In this document: positions 1-15,099 of the stretch, one piece after another | Numbering within the stretch: the first letter of the stretch is position 1 | Layout of the letters: every line of letters begins with the position of its first letter | Assembly: GCF_009914755.1 (NCBI RefSeq) | Contig: NC_060934.1 | From: the human T2T-CHM13v2.0 reference genome, Homo sapiens | Length of the DNA: 64,000 nt | Reading direction: 5' to 3' (one strand) | Notes under the pieces: model-generated | The model's input: the letters and a program-made list of their open reading frames with translations, nothing else | Told to the model about the DNA's origin: nothing | The model's database searches: none | Made by a program: the position numbers and the translations under genes

Positions 1-764
1 TCTAAACCACTTCTCCATGCTGCCACTCTTGTATAATTATGTCATTATAAGAATATAGATAGTATAATGATATAGATAATTTTTCCATGACTATTTAGTG
101 AAATAACCATACTTATATCTTCCTCATAGCAAAAGCAGATCATTTCGATATGTTTTGATTTCTTAAGTTTTAAAAGGTTTCTGAATAAAATTTTCTTTCA
201 AAGGATTTTATTTACATAGAACTAATTAATTTACCCTTTTATTAAACACTATGAATTTTCTCTTCAAAGGGCTCCTCTGATACTAATAAATGCCTATCCT
301 CCGACTTTCCAAGAATATCAAACACCAGCCAACAGATTTATGTGATAGTGGAAAACACCCAATTACCTTCGGTAGAATGCTTTCTTAAAAGTGCATGTAT
401 TCTAACCTTGTAGGGAATTTAAACAACTGTGCTTAAAAGAAAAAAAAAAAACAGGAAAGGAAGATTTGAGTCAATTCATCATTTTTATTATGTACTCTCA
501 ACTCGACCCAAAACACATCTAAAAAAACCTATATTTTAGTGACATTTACTACTACTTTGCCACTCCACTTTTAAAGCAGCCTATGTGAATATCAAGTGGA
601 TGGGCCTGTTTCTGTACAATATCACATACTATAGGAGAAATATCTAGCACCGATGATAATAATAATAATAATTTAAAAACTCTGAACACTGCTGTTTGTT
701 AGATTACTCCAGATATTTGAATATTCCTTTTCTTTCTTAGTTCTTTAATTAGCTGTGGCTTTGA

Positions 765-1110
<346 letters not shown>

Positions 1111-1174
1111 AACTTTTACATATTTTTAAATGTTTTCATTCATTATTTGCAGTTCTGTTCTAACGCATAAATTA

Positions 1175-1509
1175 TAGTCCTTCCTGGTATCAATGCAGAG
1201 TTTGTTCTACAACCCCAACGGATATCAAAATCCACAGATGCTGAAGTTCCTGGTGTAAAATGGCATAGTATTTGCAAATAACCTACGTGCATCCTCACAT
1301 ACACTTGAAGTCATCTCTAAATTACTTATAATACCTAATAAAATGCCTACACATAGCTTCATCTGCACAGATTCGACATAGTACTCAATGTACAGTCAAA
1401 TTCAAGTTTTGCTTTTTGAAAATTTGTAAAATTTTTATTTTCAAATATTTTTTATCCTTAGTTGGTTGAATGCACAAATATGGAACCCATGGATGTGGAA
1501 ATCCAGTTG
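1175..1509 (+). mobile_element. MER2B-like non-autonomous Tigger (TcMar) DNA transposon
   Basis: Matches remembered MER2B motifs (ggatatcaaaatccacagatgct...caaattcaagttttgctttttg...ggaacccatggat); TA on both sides. Confidence 0.85.
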
Positions 1510-2349
1510 TACCTTTTAAATCTCCATTTTTTATACAATTCTTATTTTCCAAATGGTGGCCTTTTTTCTCTCCTTCAACTATAAAATTATAGTTCATTAA
1601 ACCATTTATTTATTTTCATAGAGTATATGTCATATTTTAGTCACAAAACCTCGACCACATGACAGAAGGGGCACCTAATCATTCTCATTGGCACACAAGG
1701 TCTTGTTAAAATTATAAAGTAGACAAATATTCTCTTCAGTATCCTTCTATCTTTATATCATCTTTTAATGTTCCTTCTTCCAAACCCAAAATTTTAATCA
1801 TCCTTAAGCTGTACAAAGTATCCTACCTAGGTCAGCCATAAAGGTCTTCCTGATATATAAATATTCCTCCAACTTTCCATTTATTCTTTCAATAATACTC
1901 TTACTCTTTAGTGAATATAGCCTTGGCAATCAATGTTTGGATTAAAGAAATTCACACTAAAATGTCAATGACTGTAATTCAGATGTCTAATGAGTACATT
2001 AAACATTTTAAAAGAACAGTGTATAAAACCTAGCTGAAATGAATATATAATTTATACACTGGAATGGAGAGATATTTTTCAATTGGAGAGTTCTTCATAC
2101 TAATCTTTTTCTATATGAGCAGGCCACAACCACACATATCTCATTTTCTTGACAGAATCCTGATGGCTTAAGTTGAACTAGAATATTTGAAATAACTTCA
2201 AAGAGCATTGGCATACTTTTTTGCTAATAGGTACAGTATACCAAAACAAAATTATTAAATTTCTGGAGTTATCCTATCAGCCAAATTATTTTTCTATCAA
2301 GTCCACTTCTATTGACATTTTCTGGGTATTCTACATATCTCTCATATTC

Positions 2350-2450
2350 CAAATAGTGAATCTGCCTCTAGAAATATGGCTAATAAAGATGGCTTCAAAT
2401 CAAATAGTTAACCTGCCTCTAGAAATACGGTTAATGAGGGTGGGTTCAAT
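2350..2450. repeat. Degenerate 51-bp tandem duplication
   Basis: caaatagtgaatctgcctctagaaatatggctaat... vs caaatagttaacctgcctctagaaatacggttaat...; 41 of the first 49 bases match. Confidence 0.9.
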
Positions 2451-5004
2451 GGGAAATTCCTGGGAAAGTCTGAGCAATGAGAAGTGGTCAAAGAGAAATT
2501 TTGGGATTTGAGAATTTAGATTGCTCTAACTTTGCTTCATGTTTTTGGTCTACTTAACATGCCTTCTGAATTTTCACTTCACCTCATCTCATCCTCTTCA
2601 ATCTAATTCTACAGAGAATTTTCTAACTGTTCCCAAAAAAAAAAAATGTCTTTTTAAGAAGGATAGAGATGAACTTGGGAATCTTCTTGGTTCAATAGTT
2701 ACTGTGGGGAAACCAGGAGAGATAATATAATCATAATAAAATAAATATAGCCAAACATAGTGGTGCAGTATGATGAATATGACATCTATTATCAAGTCTG
2801 ATTTTGTGGAATTTTAAATTGGAAATGCTTTGGGAAATCCAGAACTCAACGGATATACTCTGATGGCAGTGAGACCATAACTATACAATAGGTCACATTG
2901 TCTTCTAGCTGAAATTACTAAAGAGACATTTAGTTTATGTATTAAACACAAAACAAGACAGGATCGATAATATTTTTATAGTTTTAATAGTTAGGTCAAC
3001 ATCTAGAACTTAAAATGCAACATTTAAAACCAAGAACCTGATTATATAGAATTAGAAAGGTACAATCAGGGACCTTCACTTATTCCTTATTTTTCTCCTA
3101 AGGAAGTCTTTTAGAGTGTTCTGATACTGCCAGTTCTGCTCTGGGAAATCTCCATACTCAGGAAGCACCAAGTGCCCTAGACCTTTCCCAATTCTCTCTC
3201 CCTACCAGTTGCGTTTTCTACTCCTTCAGTGGCCTGGCTTGCTCCACTGTTATTCTGATTAAGTAATCTGTGCTAAAAGCAAGCAATAAACATCCAGACA
3301 AATACATCTATATTTTTAAAAGGACTTTCTAACATGAATGCTCTAATTACAAAATGTTGCAGTAAATCTATTCAGGAAAGCTTTATAAGTAACTAAATAC
3401 ATTTAAGGATGGCTGTTAAATAATCAGATCAAAAAGATAAAAAAGATCAGCCTTGACCTTGGAACAAAACTTTGGTAGAATAATTATCTTTCAGGTGGAG
3501 TCAAGATTGCAGACCAGCCTGCTCTTCACAGAGTATTCTAATCTTCAGATAGAAACACTCACTCTCTTCCCTCTAGTAGTTCCATCATACTTTAGTACCT
3601 ACTCAGGCCTACTTCTAGAAAAACCAAAGGGGCATTTATTTGGTGAACTTTGCAACCCAGTACCAAATAAAGAGTATGCTAGTCCCACCCTGATGTTAGG
3701 CCCTGGTACTAGCAAACCTAAGCTTCTGTGCCTTGGCCCCACGCTTTTATCATGCACAACTGTTTCTGTGGAATAGAGTCTACCTCTGATCCTCAGTCCT
3801 TGAGATGAGGCAATTCTAAATACTGATTGCCCCCCACTCCTGACCTTTCCCTCTGCCTTTCTGCATATTAGGTGTATATTGGTTCTCTGTCACTGGGTTT
3901 CCCCTGCCTTCTAGAATAATCATAAATAATCTTTGTCAGGACCCTATCACAGATCATCTTCCCATCTTTTGCCTACTTCTCCCATTACCAGACACAAGGC
4001 TCCATCTGCCAGAGATGTACTGTTCGTGTTTGGAATGCGTGCTGTGTTTCTAAGGCTCTTTCTCATCCTGGTGTTGGTCATAAAGTGCCTGTGTCTCTTA
4101 AAACTTACACCATTAGCAAGCATTTAAACCAGCGGAACTCTTAAAGGCAATTGAGCCCTCTCAATATATAGAAGAGTATAGAGATCTAAAGAGTGAAGTG
4201 AATTACCCAAGATGGCATAATATGTAACTGGCAAAGCTGTGATTAGATTAATTTGAATTTCAACATTCAACACATATTTAGCTTCTCTCAACTTCAATTT
4301 CTTCTGTCAATTTGAAAATAATAATGTCCTATTTGCTAACAGTGTTTGAAAATTAAGAAAGACATGTTAATATGCCTAAAATTATTTTTCTGGCATAAAG
4401 TAGGCCTTGAGTAAATAATGTGTCCTGTGTTCACATTTTTTCCTCACATCTTTGGTAAAATCATTGATTCTTAAAGTATAGACCAGAATATTAAGAAAAA
4501 TAATATAAAGCAAGTTATGTTTAGGACTAAGTTATCTAAATGCTTACTGTAATGGAGCTATTCAGTATACTCCTTTAATTTATTTTGATTTTGTGTTTTT
4601 CTTTGATTTTGTTTTTCCTTCTGGTACATAAACACTATCAGGAGATAACATTTTTATCATTACTATATTATATAAATATTTTTAGAAACTATTGTCAATA
4701 TAGTAATTATGAATATGATAATTACCATGAGGTAATTTTTTATATAAATATGGAATTCAAAAATAAATTTAACAAATATTTATAAGGTTTACCATTGGAT
4801 AAAGATAATGTGGGTGCTTGAGACACAGTGCTGAACATGAAAGACAAAGTTCCTAAGCAAGAGAGTCTACATTTTATTAAAAATAAATGATGACAAACCA
4901 GCAAGTAGATAAGGACTATAATTTCAGACAGTGATAAATACTGTAAATAAAATAAAATGAGGAAAATAACTAACAACAAACATGGTGGAGTTCAATTTTA
5001 CATG

Positions 5005-5285
5005 AGTGTCTTTTAGATTGGTTCTGAGACACAGCTTCTTGTATGAAGAACTATATGCAGAGTTCCTCCAGGAAACACACCCAAAAGGAAATGAGGAAGG
5101 AATTGTGCAAAAAGAGAAGGTGACCCACTGAGCCCTCAAATGACATTCCGAGGAGCTCTGAAGCCTGTAAGGATTCTACCAAATTGGGGCAAGGAGATGA
5201 CCTATCCCCATCTCCGTCAGTCGCTGATGAAAGCCATCACTTGAAAGGGTATAACTTTGGGCCTAGAAGTTTCCTACGGCAAAAT
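5005..5285. mobile_element. Old ERVL-type LTR fragment (LTR16-like) within L2-like sequence
   Basis: gaggagctctgaagcc...ccaaattggggcaagg...cagtcgctg resembles the LTR16 core; highly diverged. Confidence 0.5.
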
Positions 5286-5688
5286 TGTGGATCCAAGTAC
5301 AAGAGTAATTATCACAATAGAACATGAAATCTAAGCTGAGTAAGACAGGAAACAAAAACGTGAGGAATGAAAAACATGCATTCGATATTCCAGCAAGATA
5401 AAAAGCTAATTTGGCATGAAGGATTAGAGAATACATAATCAGAAAGATAATAAAGTGGTGGTCAGAAAATAGCATCTTAAAAGAGAGATTCTGGAAAAGA
5501 AAAATATACTTGGAATAATAAGCACAGGAATGGCTGACTACAATAATGTTGAAGAAAAAGATCATTAAAAATGAAGAGGCCACAAGGTTGAGAGGCCAAG
5601 GTATTAAATAGGTTGGTGGAACAAATGTGAGCTGCACAGAAAGATAGCTTAAAAAGTAGTAGAAGGGAAATCAGAGAGCCAAATACTA

Positions 5689-5989
5689 TTTTTTTTTTTT
5701 TTTTTTTTTGAGACAGAGTCTCACTCTGTGGCCCAGGCTGGAGTGCAGTGGCATGATCTCGGCTCACTGCAAGTTCTGTCTCCCTGGTTTACACCATTCT
5801 CCTTCTCAGCCTCCCAAGTAGCTGGGACTACAGGCGTCCACCACCATGCCCAGCTAATTTTTTGCATTTGTAGTAGAGACGGGGTTTTATCGTATTAGCC
5901 AGGATGGTCTCGATCTCCCGACCTTGTGATCTGCCCGCTTCGGCCTCCCAAAGTGCTGGGATTACAGGCATTAGTCACCGCGCCTGGCC
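5689..5989 (-). mobile_element. AluY-like
   Basis: Y-type diagnostics (gcaagttc, acaccattctcc, ttagccaggatggtctcgatctcc); degenerate TSD ccaaata(c/t)ta. Confidence 0.95.
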
Positions 5990-6449
5990 CCAAATATTAA
6001 TTTTTATTTAATGTGAGCCAGTATCTTTTTTATTGTTCCTGGAATATTATTTGGTAAAACTTGAAAAAAAAATGAATTCAATTACCAAATAGTTTAGGAA
6101 ACACTTAGGTGAAAGTCACATAGGTGTAATAACTCTAGGATTTCTTGAAGTGATTAACACTTTATATTAATTTTAAGTATCCAAAAGAAAGATAACATAC
6201 ATCAAGTTTTATAAAATTTTCAGTGATTATATCACAGGAATTGCAATATAAGTAACATGTTGAGGAAATGCTAATAATTCAGAGTAGCAGGTCACAAGTC
6301 TTTGAAACAGGATACAACTTATGAGTACTCTATCTTGTAAATGCACAGACACACACACATTGTATACAGTTTTATGTAGTTAGCACAAGTCTTGGTGGTA
6401 ATCCATAGAGCCTACATTACAAACCTCTACTCTCCATTCTTGCTGGTAA

Positions 6450-6606
6450 TATCTGGTCCATGGGTCAGCACTATTGGCACCCCTTGAGAACTTGTTGTAT
6501 ATCCAGAATCTCAGGTACCACTCCGGATTTACTGGATAAGAACCTACATTTTTAAAAGATTCTCAGATGATGTGTATCACATTCAAGTTTAAAAAGCCCT
6601 GCACTA
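6450..6606. mobile_element. MER5A-like hAT-Charlie element
   Basis: cagaatctcagg...ctacatttttaaaagattctcagatgat...cattcaagtttaaaaagccctg. Confidence 0.7.
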
Positions 6607-9600
6607 GAAGGTTACATAGTTAATTTTCACACTCACAAAGAAAAACTGTTTTACATTGTTAGAGAATTACTATATTTTCAAACAGTGTTCTGAAATGTCT
6701 CTGAATATTTATAATGACTCAAATTGGCCTTAAAAACAGGTGGGAATTAGCTCTCTTAATATTTTGTCACTTTTATAAAACAAAATATGGTAACATGGTA
6801 TTAACTATTAATTTTATAGTTGGTACAAGCAATAGAGCTTGAAAAGGTATTTTCTTGTGTCTTAATACCACTAATGTATGATTTATAAAGGCATGGAAAT
6901 ACAATCTCAGGAGTCTTAATATTTCCTTAGAAGATTAAACAGCCATGTAAATCCATTATCCAGAAGGTTAGACATAAATGTCAGTTCCTGAGTGTCCCAC
7001 AAAGGAAAGTGTGGATTCTTAATAACAGAGAGGACACAAGGTCTTTCCTTGAGAGATTTATGTCTGATCACAATTTCCCACGTTTAAATATCCACAATCA
7101 ACAATAGGTACAACTTTGTTTGCCAAAAAAGACTTTTAAAATATCAAATGGGGAGATACAGAAAAGAATATAGGACAATATTTTCTGTGCATTAAATCTT
7201 CACAGATAAATTCTACTACTTGATATAATCAGTCCAGTCCTTCCTTCCTTACAGATATATCTTTTAAGAGAAGAATTAGTAATTATTTTATTCTCCTAAA
7301 TTTATTCTTCTTTTTTGTTTGTTTATTGGTGAAACAAAAGGATTATTAAAACACTTAAATATATTAGTATGTTTAAAACAAATGCTCTGGTTAGGTAGGT
7401 TAGTTAGGTAGTTCAAAAATGGGTTTTGAAATGGGCACCTTGGGAGGCTTCAGGATGGCTGACTAGGGAGCATTTTGTACTTGCTTTCTCCACTAAAAAG
7501 AGCTAAAATACCCAGTAGATATTAGATCATCCAAGAGAGAACACTGGAATCCAACAAAATAGTGACAGGCAATATCTAAAGTAAGGAATGGGAGAAGGAA
7601 GCAAGCAGCCTGTTCAGCCTGGATTGACTGAGAGCCTAGAGAGACTCCCCAATAGAGGGAAACGGTAGGTGAGAGATGCTCAGCAGCCTGCATTTTCATC
7701 ATAGACTCCTATAGTCCTAGCCACGGGAGAGTCCTCAATACTCTCAGGCCATGAAACTAACATAGGGAGTTGCAAGAAGATTGTATTATGGCAGCTTCCC
7801 ATGGAGGAAGCTTGAATATGGTCATGGTCCTTCACATTCCTTGTGACCTAAGCAACTACAGCAAGATGCCATTTTAGAACTTTGCCTGCAACAGACTGCA
7901 CACTGTCCTGGAACCCAGGAATGCTGAGGCTAATGTGCAAGAGAAGCATTAGGCTGCTGCTCCCAGGGCTTAGGCACAAGTGACCTTGGGCCACTACACT
8001 CTGATGGAGTTGCAACCAGGGTATGGGATGCCATCTTTAGGACTGAGGTGCCAGCAAGGTGCCATTCTAGAGCACCATCCCCAGCAAACTGCACACTACC
8101 TGAAGCCCAGTGGTGCTGAAGCTGAGGTGCAAGAGAAGTGATGGGTACTGCCTGGGGTTTAGACACAAGTGACCACAGGCTTCTCCACCCAAGGCTGAGC
8201 AAGGGTGCCACCAAGGCTGTGGTGCAGGTGGCATGCATGCTCCCCACCTGCTGTCCTAGGCCATCATCACTGAAGCTGGTACCACCCTCAACCCCCACTG
8301 GCAGGGCAGCAGGGCAGCTACTATAGCCTCCCACTCAAGCATTCCACAATGACTTGGGGATCACCCCGCTCCTGACTACCATGGCCAGTGCCTGTACATG
8401 CCATCTGGGGGCCTGAAGATAAGCCAGCCTAGCCCAGGTTTCCCCATCATCCCCATGCCACAGCATACAGTCCAGGGGCCAGGGAATCTCCCAGTTTAGT
8501 TCACCACTGATGACATATGACCACTCCTCTCGGGGACCTGAGGTTAGGCCTACCCACACAGCAGCTACTACCACAAATTACCACCTGCAGGCCTGGACAC
8601 TGACCTTCCCAGAACATTACAGTTACTTCCAATGACAGCATGCACCACAAGGGACCTAGAGGGTTGTCACACCACTGCCACTCGCATTGCCTACGCCATA
8701 TTAGCTGCCCATGGACCCAAGAACCCACTTACCTGCTCAGTTCACAGCTGCCACTACTGGGCTTTGAGTAAGCCACCTGAAGGAACAAAAATTGGCCCAC
8801 CTGTATGACATTATGGGGCATATGAGCAGGCACTCTCAGCCCACTGCTGCAACCACAGGAGCTCAAAGACTGGTCCACTTGACCTCTGAGTCCCAAGCAA
8901 AACTGCACCAGAGCTTTCCTCAATAACTGGACCCTAAGCCACCAAGGAAGTCTCAGATATCACTGGCACTGTTTGTAGCCAAAAAAATCAAGGGAGACTA
9001 CACTAATTCATGTACCTAGAATTGAAACCAGAGTTCCCCACCCAACCAACACCACAGATTCTTCCTCAAAAAAAGTCCTTCCCTGTGAAAGCAAATTGAA
9101 AAAGTTAGAAGAAGCAACTGCTACATGAGATGCACGGATATCAATGTAAGGACACAGGAAACATGAAAAAGCAAGAATATATGACAGCTCCAAAGGAGAT
9201 GGAATTCATAAAATCCTAGTAAAAATTCAATTATTGATTCTAAATAATTTCAGTGAGATATAAGAGAATTCTAAAAAAACAAAACAAAGGAATCAGAAAA
9301 ACAATTCAGGATAAGAATGAGAAATGTAACAAAGTGATAGATAACGTAGAAAAGTATCAAACAGAAATCCTATAAATGGAGAATCATTGAATGAATTACA
9401 AAATACATTTAAAAGCTTCAACCATAGACTAGATGAAGCAGACAAAATAATTTCACAACTTGATGACAGTGTTTTATAAATAACCCTCAGACACATTTTT
9501 TAAAAAAAAAGAATGAACAAAGCCTTAATGATATATGGGACAGAAAAAAAAGTGATAAAATATATAAATTATTGGTATCCAAGAAGGCAAAGAGAGAAAG

Positions 9601-11783
9601 AGTTTAAAAACCTATTTAATGAATTAATAGAGGAAAATTTCCCAAATCTAGCAAGAGATTTAAACATCCAGATACAGAGTCCCAGCAGTCACCAAACAGA
9701 CACAATACAAAAAGTTCTTCTTCATGGTATACTATAGTTAAAATTTCTAAAATCCATGAAAAATAGAGAATTTTTTTTTTTAAAAAAAAGCAAGAGAAAA
9801 GCATCTAGTCACCTATAAGAAACCTCCATCAGAACAAGAGAAAATTTATCAGTAGAAACCTTATAGGCCAGGAGAGAATGGGATAATGTATTCAAAATGC
9901 TGAAAGAAAAACTGCAAGCTAAGATACTATATCTAACAAAATTATCCTTCATAAATGAAGGAGAAATAAAGTCTTTCTCAGACAAGATAAAACTAAGATA
10001 ATTCATCACCACTAGACTGACCATACAATAAATACTCAAAGAACTCCTAAACATGGAAGCAAAAGGACATTTATCTACATGAAAACACACAAAAGTATAA
10101 AAAATGGTGAAGCAAACATACAAATGTGGAAAAAGATAGGGCTCAAATACTATCCCTACAGATAACTACCAACTGCAATGACAGACATTAAGAGGAAAAT
10201 CAAGAACAAAGAATATACAAACCAACCATAAAACAATTAACAAAATGACAGCAATAAAACCTCACATATCAATAATTACTTTGAACATAAATGGATTAAA
10301 TTCTTCACTTAAAAGCTATAGACTGAATGAATGGATTTTAAAAAAATGATCCAACTACATGCCACCTACAAGAAACACACTTTACTTGAAAAGATTCCTA
10401 TAGACTGAGAGTAAATAAATAGAAAAAGATATTTAACTCTAACAGAATTCAAAGTGAGCAGAGGTAGCTATACTCATATCATACAAAACAGACTTGAAGC
10501 CAAAAACAGTAAACAAAGACAACTAAATAGTGATAAAAGGACCAATCTAGCAAGAGGAAATAACAATTCTAAATATATATGCACCCAAAACTGGAACACC
10601 CGGATTCATAAAGGAAATATTACTAAATCTGAAAAGAAAGACTCCAATGCAATAACTGTGGGGGAATTTACCACCTTATTCTCAGCACTAGACAGATCGT
10701 CTAGAAAGAAAATCAAAAAAGAAACATTGAAGTTAGAGTGGAATTTAGAACAAACAGACCTAACAGATATTTATAGAACATTTTATCCAACAACTGCAGA
10801 ATACACATTATTTTCATAATCATACAGAATATTCTCTAGAACAGACCATCTATTGAGCCACAAAAGAAGTCTCAACAAATTTTAAACAAGCAAAATGGTA
10901 TCAAGTACCTTCTCAGATCACAGTGGAATAAAACAAGAAATCAATACCAAAAAGAAACTTGGAAACTATATAAATATACAAAAATTAAATAACATGCCCC
11001 TGAACAACCATTGTGTCAATGAAGAAATTTAAAAATTTTGAAACTAATGAAAATGAAAACAAAATATATCAAAATCTGTGGGATACAGCTAAAGTAGTAC
11101 TACGAGGGAAGTTTATAGAAATAATTGCCTACATCAAAAGTAGAAATATTACAAGTAAATAATCTAACAATCCACCTCAACAAAGTGAAAAATCAAGAAT
11201 GAACCAAACCAAACATTAGCAGGAGGCAAGAAATAATAAAGATCAGAGCAGAACTAAATGAATCAGAAACTAGAAAAACAATAAAAAGCATGAATGAAAT
11301 GTAACACTAGTTTTTTGAAAGTATAAACAAAATTGAAAACATTAAAAAAAAAAAAAACTACGAGCTAGACTAACAAAGAAAAGAGAAGACCCAAATAAAC
11401 TCAGAAATAAAAAGGAGACATTACAACTGATACAACAGAAATACAAAAGATCATCAGAGACTATCACGGAAAACTGTATACTAACAAACTAGAGAATCTA
11501 GAGGAAGTAGATACATTGCTAGAAACATACATACAACTTACCAAGATTGAATCAGGAAGAAATAGTAAACCTGAACACACCAAGTAGTGAAATTAAATCA
11601 GTAATAAAAAGTCTCCCAACAAAGAAAAGCCCAGGTCTGGACTGATTTACTGCTGACTTCTACCAGGCCTATAAACAAGAACTAATACCAATCTTTCCCA
11701 AACTACTCCAAAAAATTGTAGGGGACTGATTTCTTCCTAACATATTCTATAAAGCCGGTATCATTCTGATACCAAAAGCACAC

Positions 11784-11788
<5 letters not shown>

Positions 11789-11820
<32 letters not shown>
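11789..11820. repeat. (CA)n microsatellite inside L1
   Basis: About 16 perfect CA units. Confidence 0.95.
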
Positions 11821-11823
<3 letters not shown>

Positions 11824-13755
11824 GTATAGGTCAATATCTCTGATAAACATAAACACAAAAAACCCCAACAAAGTTCAAGCAAACTGAATTTAACAGCACA
11901 TCAAAAAAATAATACCCAATGATCAAGTGGGATTTACCCAAGGGACACAAGGATGTTCAAGATATGCAAATCAATAAACATGAAACATCTACAGAATAAG
12001 GAATAAAACTCATATGCTCATCTTATAGACAAAGAAAAATCTTTTGATAAAATTCAACATACCTTCATGATAAAAAAATTCTCAACAAACTAGGCATAGA
12101 ATAAACATGCCTCAAAAAATAAAGTCCATATATGTCAAATCCACAAATAGCATTATACTGAATGGGGAAAAGTTTGGAGGCCTTTTCTCTAAGAACTGGA
12201 ACAAGACAAGGATATGTACTTCCACCATTCCTAATCAACAAAGCACTGAAAGTCCTAGCCAGAGTAATCAGGCAAGAGAAAGAAAAGGCATCCAGATTCA
12301 AAAAGAGAAAGTCAAATTGTCCCTCTTTGCAGATGACATGATACTCATATTTAGAAAAGTCAAAAGACTCCACCAAAAAACCCTTAGAGTTGTTAAACAA
12401 ATTCAGTTACACTACAGGATACAAAATCAACATTTTTTTAAAGTAGTATTTCTATACACCAATAATGAAATAGCAAAAAAAAGAAAAGCAAAACAAAAAC
12501 AAAAACAGAAGAACAGAACAGCAATCCCATTTCCACTAGCTACCAAAAAAATTACATAGGAATAAACCAATGAGGTGAAATATCTCTACAAGGAAAACTA
12601 TAAGAATCTGATGAAAGAAATTGAAGAGAACACATACAAATGTAAAGACATCCCATGTTCATGGATCAGAAAAAAATAATAGTGTTAAAAGGACCATACT
12701 CCATAAACAACCTAAAGACTCAATGCAATCCCTATGAAGACACTAATGCCATTTTTCACAGAATAGAAAAAACAATCCTACAATTCATTTGAAACCAAAA
12801 AATAACCAGAATATCCAAAGCAATCCTGAGCAAAAATAATAAAGCTGGAGGCATCATACTACCTGACTTCAAATTATATTACAGGGCTATAATAACCAAA
12901 ACACTTGGCATTGGCATAAAAATAGACACATACCCAAATGGAACAGAATAGAAAACTCAAAAATAAATCCACATATTTACAGCCAATTGATTGTTGACAA
13001 AGCACCAAGAACATGCACTGGAAAACTGAGGTTTTCTTCAATAAATAGTGCTGGGGAAATTGAACAGTCACAGGCAAAAGAATGAAACTGAACCCCTATC
13101 TCTCACTGTACACAAAAATAAACTCAAGATGGATTAAATACTCAAGTGTAAAACTACAAACTATAAAACTCCTAGAAGGAAACATAGGAAACGCACTTCC
13201 AACAGTCGTCTAGGAAAAGATTTTATGGCTAAGACCTCAAAAGCACAGACAAATGGAACAAAAATAGACAAATGAGACTATATTAAAATCAAAAACTTCT
13301 GCATAGCAAAGGAAACAATCAAAAGAGTAAAGAAACCACCTGTATGGGAGAAAATACTTCAAACTATCTGACAATGGAATAATATACAGAGTATATAAGA
13401 TACTCAAACAATTCAACAATAAAATAAGAATCCCATTAAGTAAGAAGTAGGCACAGAACATTAATAGATAATTCCGAAAGGAAGACATGCAAATGGCCAA
13501 CAGGTACATGGAAAAATGCTCAACATCACTAATCCTCAGGAATATGCAAATCAAAACCACAATGAAATATTATCTTACTCCAGTTAGGATGGCTATTTTT
13601 TTATTTTTATTTTTCTACCCAATTGAACAGAGAGTGTCTATTATTAAAAACGCAGTAAAATATCACATGCTGACAAGGATGTGGAGAAAAGAGAATGCTC
13701 ATACCCTTTTGGTGGGAATGTAAATTAGTACAACCACTATTAAAAACAATATGGA

Positions 13756-14187
<432 letters not shown>

Positions 14188-14807
14188 TCAAAGGGATTCC
14201 TGCACTCACATGTTTGTTGTAGCACTATTGATAATAGCAAAGATATAGAACCAAACTTAGTGTCCATTAACAGACAAATGGATAAGAAAACATGTGGTAT
14301 ATGTATACAATGGAATACTATTCAGCCATAAAAAGAATGAGAGCCTGTCATTTGCAGCAACATGGATGTCATTATGTTAAGTGAAATAACCCAGGCACAG
14401 AAAGACAAATTATTGCATATTCTCATTCATATGTGGGAACTAAAAAGATTGATCTGATAATGGTAGAGAGAAGAATGATAGATACTAGAAGCTGGGAAGG
14501 TTGACTGGGTTGGTAGCGGAGGGTGAAGAGAGGTAGGTTAATAAGTACAAACATGTAATTAGATAAAAGGCATAAATTTTATATTTTGACAGCAAAGTAG
14601 AGTGACTATGCTTTACAACAATATAATCTATATTTCAAAGTAGCTATAAGAAAGGACTTCCTAACCCATAGAAATAATAAATCCTCACAGTAATGGACAC
14701 TTCAAAAACTTTGACTTGATAATTGTGTATTCCATGCATGTAACAAAATATCACATGTACCCCATAAATATGTAAAATATTATGTATCCATAAAAAGTGA
14801 AATTTTA

Positions 14808-15099
14808 GGCTGGATGCAGTAGCTCACACCTGTATTCCCAGCACTTTGGGAGGCAGATAATGAGGTCAAGAGATCGAGACCATCCTGGCCAAAATAGTGA
14901 AACCCTGTCTCTACTAAAAAAAATACAAAAATTAGTTGGGCTTGGTGGTGCACGCCTGTAGTCCCAGCTACTCGGGAGGCTGAGGCAAAGAAATGGCTGA
15001 ACCCGAGAGGGAGAGGTTGCAGTGAGCCGAGACTGTGCCACTGCACTCCAGCCTGGATGGCAGAGCAAGACTCTGTCTCAAAAAAAAAAAAAAAAAAAG
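14808..15099 (+). mobile_element. AluSc-like inserted at the L1MA tail
   Basis: ggtcaagagatcgagaccatcctggcc; poly-A tail; short deletion in the left arm. Confidence 0.95.
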
